Of a stretch of DNA of 16,449 nt, positions 1-6,870 are shown piece after piece (the stretch's first letter is position 1; each line of letters begins with the position of its first letter). This stretch comes from Deferribacterales bacterium (lineage in GTDB: Bacteria; Chrysiogenota; Deferribacteres; Deferribacterales; Geovibrionaceae), in the NCBI GenBank assembly GCA_050253335.1, contig JBFWJG010000051.1, forward strand, positions 1 through 16,449. The letters are read 5' to 3'. The position numbers and the translations under genes were made by a program. The notes below the pieces were generated by a model that saw only the letters and a program-made list of their open reading frames with translations, was not told where the DNA came from and made no database searches.

Positions 1-22
1 TCTGCAAGCTATGTGTTTTTAT

Positions 23-114
23 AAATCCTCCCCTCCCCTCCTTTGGAAAAGGAGGGGGTTTGTCTTCGCCAGCGTAAGCTTCCCCCTTTGATAAAGGGGG
101 ATTGAGGGGGATTT
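23..114. repeat. Palindromic repeat family A, copy 1 (outer stem enclosing two C/G-run hairpins)
   Basis: AAATCCTCCC..GGGGGATTT outer stem; hairpins CCCCTCCTTT-GGA-AAAGGAGGGG (35-57) and TCCCCCTTT-GAT-AAAGGGGGA (81-101); similar copies at 3437-3529 and 3550-3641. Confidence 0.85.
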
Positions 115-608
115 TAATTCCTGCCTCAGCATTATCTCTATCTTTCTCTTTTCAGAAATATCTCAGTTATTTCAAGAAAAATCATATCGGTAAGACATGG
201 GTAAAATTTGATAGCAAAACGAAAAACAGCGTCTCCGCTGTGCGGGATATTAGTTTTCCGGCAAATCCTAGTCACTTTGTAAGTCTTGTTTAAAAGGGCT
301 CCGTGGAAAATTATTATCAGACTAAAATAAACCAATGTTAATTTATTTTCTTAATAATTTTTACATTGGCATTACCGAAAAAACTTTATTACGATATTTC
401 GTGCTTTATAATATGGTTAAGCCGTGTTAAACACCTAGTCGTCTTCTGGGTTATTATGCAAATATTGCGAAATTTCTATACATATGGAATGATAAGATTT
501 TACGCTGATTTAGTAATAACTAATAAGTTTCGACAATGTCTAAAATATGAAAAAAATAAGGCGGTAAAGTGAATGTAAATTTTATTAGGGCAAAGAGTTA
601 AGTTCATT

Positions 609-636
609 TTGACAAATCAATTTTTTTTGCTATACT
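609..636 (+). promoter_or_regulatory. Candidate sigma70 promoter of the decaheme cytochrome gene
   Basis: TTGACA (609-614), 16-nt spacer, extended -10 TGcTATACT (628-636), about 150 nt upstream of the ATG at 790. Confidence 0.6.
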
Positions 637-789
637 TCGATAACGTGAGTAATATCGTACAGATATGTAGTTTATTGGATAGGTCTGTAAAAATTAAACA
701 CTGTTTCATTAGGGCGTTATAGCCCTTAGTCCCTCTCGCGGGCATTAAGGGCTTAGAATAAGGGGCATATAATTAAAGGAGGAAAGTTT

Positions 790-3159
790 ATGTCAAAAAG
801 GCTTTTATTGCTTGTAATGGTAACATTACTTAGCATGTTCGTTGTCGTCGGCTGCGGCTCAGACGGTTCCGACGGAAAAGACGTTGACCCGGGTACGGTC
901 ACTGCTCTTGAGCAGCAGATTGCTGATCTTCAGGCTCTGCTTGATAACCTGACAGCAGCTGACAACGCTTCTCAGGAAACCATTACTGCTCTTGAGCAGC
1001 AGATTGCTGATCTTCAGCAGCAGCTTGCTGAAGCAGCAAGCTACACAGGAAGCTTCACTGTTTCCAATGTTAACGTAACAGTAGGTGCGGAAGATGTTGA
1101 AATTACTTTCAGCATTAAAGACGAAGCTGATAAAAACGTTAGCACTGCTCAGGTTTACACTTCAGGAACACGTGTATACGCTTACTACTACTATGTAGAT
1201 AACGGTTCTCCCGTTAACCACTCAGTAACACCCGAACTTACCTATGCATCAGGTACCTACACAGCAACACTCCCCGGAGTAGGCGCTATAGTTGGTTCTG
1301 CTAATGCACGCTACTTCATGGTTCTGAGAGATGCCGCTACTGGTCAGTATGTTAACGCAATAACTGACCACCCCGCTGCTCCCCGTGATCTTGTAAGCGA
1401 TGCTGCTTGTATGAACTGTCACGGCGACAACATCTTCCGCGAAGGCAAAGCAACTGCTGTAAACCTTGACGGCGAACTCAGCGAATCTACAAGAACTTAT
1501 CACCGTACAACTGTCGGTGTTGCCGCATGTGTTGTCTGCCATGAAAACACAGACCCCGGTCACCCCAGGACAAACCTTGATATTTATGTTCACAAGATTC
1601 ACTCTTCTCATGGAATGCCTGCCGGTATAGGCGATGACAACACCACAGAAGGCGTTGCTAGAGTGAAAGATTCATTCAACTACTCTGTAAGCTATCCCTA
1701 TGTTGCTGCAGGTACAAAAGATTGTACAGCATGCCACGACACTGACGAGAAAATCGCAGCTGTGACAGCAAACACTAACTTCACTTATGATATGTGTATG
1801 AGCTGCCACAAAAACTGGGATTCCTGGACAGATACTCAGGCCAGCGGCACTCTTGATTTCCACAGAGGAATCACAGAAGATAATAAAGATGAAACTGCTA
1901 ACCTTTGCGTAACCTGCCACACTGGCGGCGCTGCTCCCACTTTCGCTCAGATCCACAGCGGATATGACGTTCTCAGAGAGACAGGCAAAGACTTCAGATA
2001 TGTAATCGACGAAATCAGAGTTACAGACCCCGTTCTCGGCACTCTTGAAATCGACTGGTACATAGAAAACCCCGCTGACGGCACTAAATACGACCTCAGC
2101 CCTGTTGCTGTAACTGACCCCGGCGACGTTATGTTCACTGGCGTGTCTATGTATCTTGCATACGGCACAAAAGATGACTGGACTAACCAGGGACTTGGCA
2201 CTAACGCAGGTCAGCCTTCCACAACTAACCTTATAACTGCCGGTCAGCGTACAGCTGCAGGCGCAGGCATAGCTACAACTACTGCAACTATCCCCGCAGG
2301 TGTTCTTGCTGTAGTTGACAACGTTAAAGGCGCTGTTGTAATTCAGGGTCGTCCCACTCTTATGACTGAAGACGGCACTACTACTCCCAACGTACCCGGC
2401 ATAGTTAAAGCTTTCAACTTCGACGGTTCTGCAGCTGAAGAGCGCCGTACAGTCGTTGACACTGAAAAATGTCTTGCATGCCACGGCACACTTGCTTTCC
2501 ACGGCGGAAGCAGAGTTATGTCTGTTGAGCTTTGCACAGTTTGCCACAACCCCAACCTTACTGACAAACAGTACAGGGATGCTTGGGCTGTTGATGTTAA
2601 CGGCGCAGCACTCTTCGAAGCCGGTGTAGGCTCTGCGAGCATACTTGACGGTAAAGTGGAAGAAAGCTCAGACCTCAGATACATGCTTCACCGCATCCAC
2701 TCTGTAACTCAGAACGATGATCCTTATGTTCTCTTCAGAGGAACTTCAGGCGGCGGTTCAGGTATCTACATGTTCTATGGCCCCACAATGCCTGCTAACT
2801 TTGAAAACACTTACGGCATAGGACCCTGGAACACGAACCACATAACTTACCCCAGAGACGCTAAAGACTGCGAAGCTTGCCACAATGCAGGAACTTATGA
2901 AGTGCCCGATCAGACTAAAGCCGTTGCGCTTACTATCGGTGAAGGCGCGAGCCGCACTACTCATGCTGATGACGTAGTTGTCGGACCTGCTCAGGCTTCA
3001 TGCACAAGCTGCCACACTGGTGAAATCTCTGATGCAACCTCACTGAATGCTCACGCATCCTCATTCGGTTACAACGGAGCATATGACAAAACTAACCCCG
3101 GTGTTGCTGAATCTTGCGCAACCTGCCACAGCGATGTAGCAGCAATCCACGAAGATTAA
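790..3159 (+). CDS. OmcA/MtrC-family decaheme c-type cytochrome, outer-membrane lipoprotein
   Basis: Ten CxxCH motifs arranged 5+5 (CMNCH, CVVCH, CTACH, CMSCH, CVTCH / CLACH, CTVCH, CEACH, CTSCH, CATCH), each group preceded by a heme-free beta-rich domain. HKIH/HRIH and RRTVVD..KC..CH motifs are typical of the family. Lipoprotein signal ends VVG-C22. RBS AAGGAGG at 776-782. Confidence 0.93.
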   Translation: MSKRLLLLVMVTLLSMFVVVGCGSDGSDGKDVDPGTVTALEQQIADLQALLDNLTAADNASQETITALEQQIADLQQQLAEAASYTGSFTVSNVNVTVGAEDVEITFSIKDEADKNVSTAQVYTSGTRVYAYYYYVDNGSPVNHSVTPELTYASGTYTATLPGVGAIVGSANARYFMVLRDAATGQYVNAITDHPAAPRDLVSDAACMNCHGDNIFREGKATAVNLDGELSESTRTYHRTTVGVAACVVCHENTDPGHPRTNLDIYVHKIHSSHGMPAGIGDDNTTEGVARVKDSFNYSVSYPYVAAGTKDCTACHDTDEKIAAVTANTNFTYDMCMSCHKNWDSWTDTQASGTLDFHRGITEDNKDETANLCVTCHTGGAAPTFAQIHSGYDVLRETGKDFRYVIDEIRVTDPVLGTLEIDWYIENPADGTKYDLSPVAVTDPGDVMFTGVSMYLAYGTKDDWTNQGLGTNAGQPSTTNLITAGQRTAAGAGIATTTATIPAGVLAVVDNVKGAVVIQGRPTLMTEDGTTTPNVPGIVKAFNFDGSAAEERRTVVDTEKCLACHGTLAFHGGSRVMSVELCTVCHNPNLTDKQYRDAWAVDVNGAALFEAGVGSASILDGKVEESSDLRYMLHRIHSVTQNDDPYVLFRGTSGGGSGIYMFYGPTMPANFENTYGIGPWNTNHITYPRDAKDCEACHNAGTYEVPDQTKAVALTIGEGASRTTHADDVVVGPAQASCTSCHTGEISDATSLNAHASSFGYNGAYDKTNPGVAESCATCHSDVAAIHED
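901..1017 (+). repeat. Exact 33-bp in-frame direct repeat encoding TALEQQIADLQ twice
   Basis: ACTGCTCTTGAGCAGCAGATTGCTGATCTTCAG at 901-933 and 985-1017. Confidence 0.95.
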
Positions 3160-3178
3160 TTCTAATTAATCGCAATAT

Positions 3179-3209
3179 AAAAAGCGGAGCTTCGGCTCCG
3201 CTTTTTTTT
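3179..3209 (+). terminator. Rho-independent terminator of the cytochrome gene (A-tract on the 5' side, so potentially bidirectional)
   Basis: AAAAA-GCGGAGC-TTCG-GCTCCGC-TTTTTTTT: perfect stem, cUUCGg loop, 8-T tail, about 20 nt after the stop. Confidence 0.92.
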
Positions 3210-3230
3210 GCTCCCAAGGATATGTTATCG

Positions 3231-3367
3231 AATAACAGACTCTTCGCCTTCGTCTCAGAGTGACGCCGGTCAATGCGTCGTGCTGAACGGAGTGAAGCAT
3301 CTCAGGCGTAATCATATGTTTGATGTTATTAAATAACAGACTCTTCGCCTTCGTCTCAGAGTGACGC
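3231..3367. repeat. REP-like family B cluster: two identical 36-bp copies with an inverted half between them
   Basis: AATAACAGACTCTTCGCCTTCGTCTCAGAGTGACGC at 3231-3266 and 3332-3367; inverted partner GCGTCGTGCTGAACGGAGTGAAGCATCT at 3275-3302; same family at 9677-9706 and 14671-14744/14840-14913. Confidence 0.88.
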
Positions 3368-3371
3368 TGAA

Positions 3372-3413
3372 CGTGTACATCAAACTGACAGGATGTGCGT
3401 TTTTACTGTCAGG
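3372..3413 (+). repeat. Repeat family C copy (CGTGTACATCAAACTGACAGGATGT)
   Basis: Matches the minus-strand copies at 9580-9615 and 9719-9750. Its 3' part CAGGATGTGCGTTTTTACTGTCAGG (3389-3413) recurs as CAGGATGTACGTTATTTACTGTCAGG at 3682-3707. Confidence 0.8.
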
Positions 3414-3436
3414 TCAGTTCCATGGAAGAATTTTTT

Positions 3437-3641
3437 AAAATCCTCCCCCGCCCTCCGTTGGAAAAGGAGGGAGTTTATCTTTTCCAGGGTAACTTCCCCC
3501 TTTATTAAAGGGGGACTGAGGGGGATTTTGTAAGCGATGTGTTTTGATGAATCCTCCCCCGCCCTCCTTTACAAAAGGAGGGTGCTTTTATTTTTATTCA
3601 CAATAGCTTCCCCCATTGTAAAGGGGGGCCAGAGGAGGATT
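3437..3641. repeat. Palindromic repeat family A, tandem copies 2 (3437-3529) and 3 (3550-3641)
   Basis: Same outer stem plus two hairpins as 23-114. Copy 3 is also preceded by AAGCGATGTGTTTTGATG, similar to AAGCTATGTGTTTTTATA before copy 1. Confidence 0.85.
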
Positions 3642-3710
3642 TGAAATAGCTGATTAAAGACTGCCGGCATGAGCACAAGAGCAGGATGTACGTTATTTAC
3701 TGTCAGGATT

Positions 3711-3788
3711 GAGATAGCTTCACCCTTACAGGGTTCGCAATGACAGCAACTTACATCACTGCGTGGAGCAAAGCGACGCGGCAGTTTC
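3711..3788. repeat. REP-like family D halves (GTCATTGCG...GCAATCTC type)
   Basis: GAGATAGCTTCACCCTTACAGGGTTCGCAATGAC (3711-3744) and CATCACTGCGTGGAGCAAAGCGACGCGGCAGTTTC (3754-3788) resemble the two orientations of a widespread GTCATTGCGAGGAGC..GCGACGCGGCAATCTC palindromic element. Only one degenerate pair is in this window. Confidence 0.5.
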
Positions 3789-4212
3789 AGATTTGAGTTT
3801 GGTGCGCTCTGTTATAGGCTTTGATGTAGGAAGCGAGACGTTTGTCGAAATCGTTGATATGCGCCACATACCAGATCTGGCAGAGCCTTGCTAGTTTGTC
3901 GTGCAGTTCTTCTGATGCTCCGTACTCAATCAGTTCTTTATATATTTCCACAAGCTTTTCAGTGAGTTCCCTGTGGGATCTCTTGTGTTCCTTCCGGCGG
4001 GTGTACTCAATTTCGTTCATGATGTCGTCTTCTGTTTTGAAGTGGGTTTTGACATATTCCACAAGGTAGTTAAGAGTGTCTATGAGCTCCTGAGGGCTGG
4101 GGCTGCTTTCTGCGCATTCAAAGTAACGGTTCATTCTGCTGAACAGTTCCTTATGCTGAGAATCCAGCAGTTCGTTATTGGTCTGAATATAACTTGTCCA
4201 TTCTATCCGCAT
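3787..4212 (-). CDS. Single-domain bacteriohemerythrin (di-iron O2-binding protein)
   Basis: W..YI.T.NELLDSQHKELF, HFKTED, HKRSH and W.VAHINDFD provide the H/HxxxE/HxxxH/HxxxxD ligand pattern. Confidence 0.92.
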   Translation of the reverse strand: MRIEWTSYIQTNNELLDSQHKELFSRMNRYFECAESSPSPQELIDTLNYLVEYVKTHFKTEDDIMNEIEYTRRKEHKRSHRELTEKLVEIYKELIEYGASEELHDKLARLCQIWYVAHINDFDKRLASYIKAYNRAHQTQI

Positions 4213-4254
4213 TTTGCAACCTCATCTTTAAGATAATGCCGCAAAGGAAGGAAA

Positions 4255-5205
4255 TCAATTATATTCATTCTTTACATACTTGGTATTTTTGATTTTTTCA
4301 CTTTTCTTCGCAGTGCCGAACATAAAGTTTAGTGGGTTCACCGGAATGCCGTTTATGAGCACTTCATAGTGCACATGAGGACCTGTGCTGTGCCCTGTGG
4401 ATCCAACAAGAGCTATGCGCTCGCCCCTCTGGACAACATCGCCTTCCTTGACGGTGAGTCTGCTGTTGTGTCCGTATCTTGTGACGAAGCCGTAGCCGTG
4501 GTCTATGGTTACCAGATAGCCGTAGCCGTATTTATATCCGGAGAAAATAACTATGCCTTTTGCTGTTGAGCGCACAGCGGAGCCGAACGGGGCGGCTATA
4601 TCTATCCCTTCGTGAAAAACGATTCTTCCTGTGAAGGGCGAAAAACGGAAATCAAACCTGCTTGAGATCCACCCTTCCGCAGGTGAGCCTGTGGGGGTGG
4701 ACTGAAAAAGAAATTCCTGCTCCTCGATATAGTTCGCAAGCCCTGTGATGCTTTCTATTCGTCCGTCAAGCTCCTTGCGGAGAAACTCAGTCATCGGCGA
4801 GAGGGCGTTATCCTGAAAAATATCCTCCCTTATCTGATAGGGCTGGGTGCTTTCGGTTCCGCCCTCGGGCTGAGGATCGGAAACGCTGAGCCCTGCGAGG
4901 GAGGCAGTGCCAAGGAGCCTGCTCTGGGTGGAGTCCAGTGTTGATGATTTATCTGTCAGTTCGGAGATTACAGGTTCATAGAGGCCGATCTGCTTTGTCA
5001 AACGTTTGTTCTCTTCTTTCCAGCTTAAAAAATGTGCTCTGTCCGCCGCAAATTCGAAAAGAACAGCAAAAACCGCCGCTGACAAAACAACAAACACAAG
5101 AGCGGCTATGACACTGATTCTGAACGCAGCGGGAGTAAAGGAAAAACTCTTAACAGGGTCTGTGCTTTCTGACCCCATGATAACGACTGTTCTTTTATTT
5201 CTCAC
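4255..5205 (-). CDS. M23-family (LytM/NlpD-like) metallopeptidase with N-terminal TM helix and coiled coil
   Basis: HEGID (HxxxD), YGH and STGPHVHYEV (HxH) motifs; hydrophobic segment near residues 30-53; GTG start with GGAAGGTG upstream. Confidence 0.92.
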   Translation of the reverse strand: MRNKRTVVIMGSESTDPVKSFSFTPAAFRISVIAALVFVVLSAAVFAVLFEFAADRAHFLSWKEENKRLTKQIGLYEPVISELTDKSSTLDSTQSRLLGTASLAGLSVSDPQPEGGTESTQPYQIREDIFQDNALSPMTEFLRKELDGRIESITGLANYIEEQEFLFQSTPTGSPAEGWISSRFDFRFSPFTGRIVFHEGIDIAAPFGSAVRSTAKGIVIFSGYKYGYGYLVTIDHGYGFVTRYGHNSRLTVKEGDVVQRGERIALVGSTGHSTGPHVHYEVLINGIPVNPLNFMFGTAKKSEKIKNTKYVKNEYN

Positions 5206-5236
5206 AAATCACCTTCCGGTGTAATCACTTATTAAA

Positions 5237-5263
5237 TTATCGGCACATTTTAAGAAAATATTA
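5237..5263 (-). promoter_or_regulatory. Candidate sigma28 (FliA) promoter upstream of the M23 peptidase
   Basis: Minus strand reads TAAT-N15-GCCGATAA versus the FliA consensus TAAA-N15-GCCGATAA; 31 nt upstream of the GTG. Confidence 0.65.
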
Positions 5264-5321
5264 GAATTCCTGCGGGATACAGGTTATTATCTGCATCTGA
5301 ATAAAAATTGACGGAGTTTTT

Positions 5322-5927
5322 ATGCTGCGCAGACTCATTTTCCTCCTTGCTGCTGTGCTGGTTTTCGGGTGCAGTACGCAGAAAGAGGCTGAAAAAACGG
5401 AAGAGGTTGGAATGAAAAACACAAAAGTATTGTTCAGTACAAGCTTAGGCGATTTTGAAGTGGAGCTTTTTGACAAGGAAGCGCCGGAAACCGTGAAAAA
5501 CTTTACGGCTTATGTTGAGTCGGGTTTTTACAACGGCACTGTTTTCCACAGGGTTATTCCTGATTTCATGGCTCAGGGCGGCGGTTTTACGGAAGATTTC
5601 GAACATAAAGAAGGCAGCGCGCCCATAAAGAACGAGGCCTCAAACGGTCTGAAGAACGAAAGAGGAACTATAGCCATGGCGAGGACCAATGATCCTCACT
5701 CCGCCACGTCTCAGTTTTTTATAAACTATGTAGACAATCACTTCCTTGACTTCGCTTCGGAAACTCCTCAGGGATGGGGATACGCTGTTTTCGGCAAAGT
5801 CACGTCCGGTATGGATGTTGTGGATAAAATGGCAGAAATCCCCACAGGCAGCGGAGGTTTCTTCAGAACTGATGTTCCGCAGACGCCTATTGTGATCAAA
5901 AAAGCTGAAATAATTAAAAAGAAATAA
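5322..5927 (+). CDS. Cyclophilin-type peptidyl-prolyl cis-trans isomerase (PpiA/PpiB-like) with lipoprotein signal
   Basis: FYNGTVFHRVIPDFMAQGGG, RGTIAMART..PHSATSQFFIN and GYAVFGKV motifs; signal ending LVFG-C17; GGAG upstream. Confidence 0.95.
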   Translation: MLRRLIFLLAAVLVFGCSTQKEAEKTEEVGMKNTKVLFSTSLGDFEVELFDKEAPETVKNFTAYVESGFYNGTVFHRVIPDFMAQGGGFTEDFEHKEGSAPIKNEASNGLKNERGTIAMARTNDPHSATSQFFINYVDNHFLDFASETPQGWGYAVFGKVTSGMDVVDKMAEIPTGSGGFFRTDVPQTPIVIKKAEIIKKK

Positions 5928-5935
5928 ACGCAGCC

Positions 5936-5970
5936 GGCTCTCTCCCCGGTGCGGGAGGGAGCCTTTTTTT
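5936..5970 (+). terminator. Rho-independent terminator after the cyclophilin gene
   Basis: GGCTCTCTCCC..GGGAGGGAGCC stem followed by a T7 run. Confidence 0.8.
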
Positions 5971-6315
5971 AGTTTTGTACTCTGATTTTTTCTAAACTCT
6001 TATTACTTCATAATTATTATTAAGTGACAGCCGCTATCTAGATATTTCTGTGGACAAAAAAAGAATCATAAGATAAAAAAAGATAATGTACTGCTTATCA
6101 GATAATATTCTTTCTTTTTTAAAAATATAAAAATAAGCAGAAAAATATGTTCCGGTACAAATGTTTAGACGGATTGTCTTTTTGATCGTATGAAAAAAAG
6201 CATTGCCTGATACTAATTAATTATTATTTTTAGTTGAAATATATTTGTATTTGAGGACATAATTGGTTTGAATTAAAACCATATGCAGCTGACAGAAAGT
6301 TATAAGGAGCAGGTT

Positions 6316-6726
6316 ATGAATTTTGAAGAGTCGCTCAGGTCGAAAAACCTCAAGGTTACACCTCAGAGGATGCTTCTTCTCAGTGAGATCAGGGGCAAAG
6401 GGCATGTCTGCATCGATGAGCTGCACAAGCTTGTGAAAGCAGTCTCCCCCTCCGTTTCTCTGGCAACAATATATAAGAACGTCAACCTCCTTGTGGAGGA
6501 AGGCCTCCTGAAAGAGATCCCCATTGAGGGAGCAAAGCCCGTTTACGAGATAAACATAGGCGACCATGTTCACTATGTCTGCTCAAAATGCGGCTATGTG
6601 GAAGACCTTGAAACCGATTCCTACGAGCTTAAAAAATTCTTTTATGAGAAATACGGAAAATATGTGGATTCTGTGGGCGTTATGATTAAAGGCACATGCA
6701 GAAGCTGCTCCGGAATGAACTCCTGA
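6316..6726 (+). CDS. Fur-family transcriptional regulator, PerR-like
   Basis: LKVTPQR, SLATIYKN, HVHYVCSKCG and C-terminal CRSC (structural Zn CxxC pairs). Start moved from 6283 to the in-frame ATG at 6316, which follows AAGGAG (6304-6309). Confidence 0.9.
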   Translation: MNFEESLRSKNLKVTPQRMLLLSEIRGKGHVCIDELHKLVKAVSPSVSLATIYKNVNLLVEEGLLKEIPIEGAKPVYEINIGDHVHYVCSKCGYVEDLETDSYELKKFFYEKYGKYVDSVGVMIKGTCRSCSGMNS

Positions 6727-6730
6727 AATA

Positions 6731-6761
6731 AAGAAGGGAACCTTGCGGTTCCCTGTCTTTT
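6731..6761 (+). terminator. Probable terminator between the convergent Fur-family and HD-GYP genes
   Basis: AGGGAACC-TTGC-GGTTCCCT stem-loop followed by GTCTTTT. Confidence 0.6.
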
Positions 6762-6870
6762 CGGGAGGTTGTTTTCTGCTTCTCGTAATGAGTAGAAAAA
6801 CGCCCCGCGGAATAGTTCAAAAAAAAGTCCGTTATTAAAAAAATCCGCTCTTTTCTGGGCGGCTGGTCTG

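Noticed and set aside
102..572. Three short ORFs (63-68 aa) upstream of the cytochrome
   Set aside because: AT-rich intergenic DNA, weak starts, no convincing SD and no recognisable family.
609..620. FNR box (TTGAC..ATCAA)
   Set aside because: Half-sites are 2 nt apart instead of 4; better read as the -35 element.
586..770. GEMM/c-di-GMP-I riboswitch upstream of the cytochrome (GGCAAA at 589)
   Set aside because: The GAAA tetraloop stem and following GACGCAAAGC core are absent, and the seed lies upstream of the predicted promoter.
1249..2964. Minus-strand ORFs up to 291 aa opposite the cytochrome
   Set aside because: Shadow frames explained by the sense gene's codon bias; S/C/V-rich with no motifs.
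3231..3367. CRISPR array from two identical 36-bp repeats
   Set aside because: Only two copies; the 65-bp spacer contains an inverted copy of the same family; the motif recurs at dispersed loci; no cas genes.
6283..6315. Longer start for the Fur-family gene
   Set aside because: The AAGGAG SD sits just before ATG 6316, and family similarity begins there.
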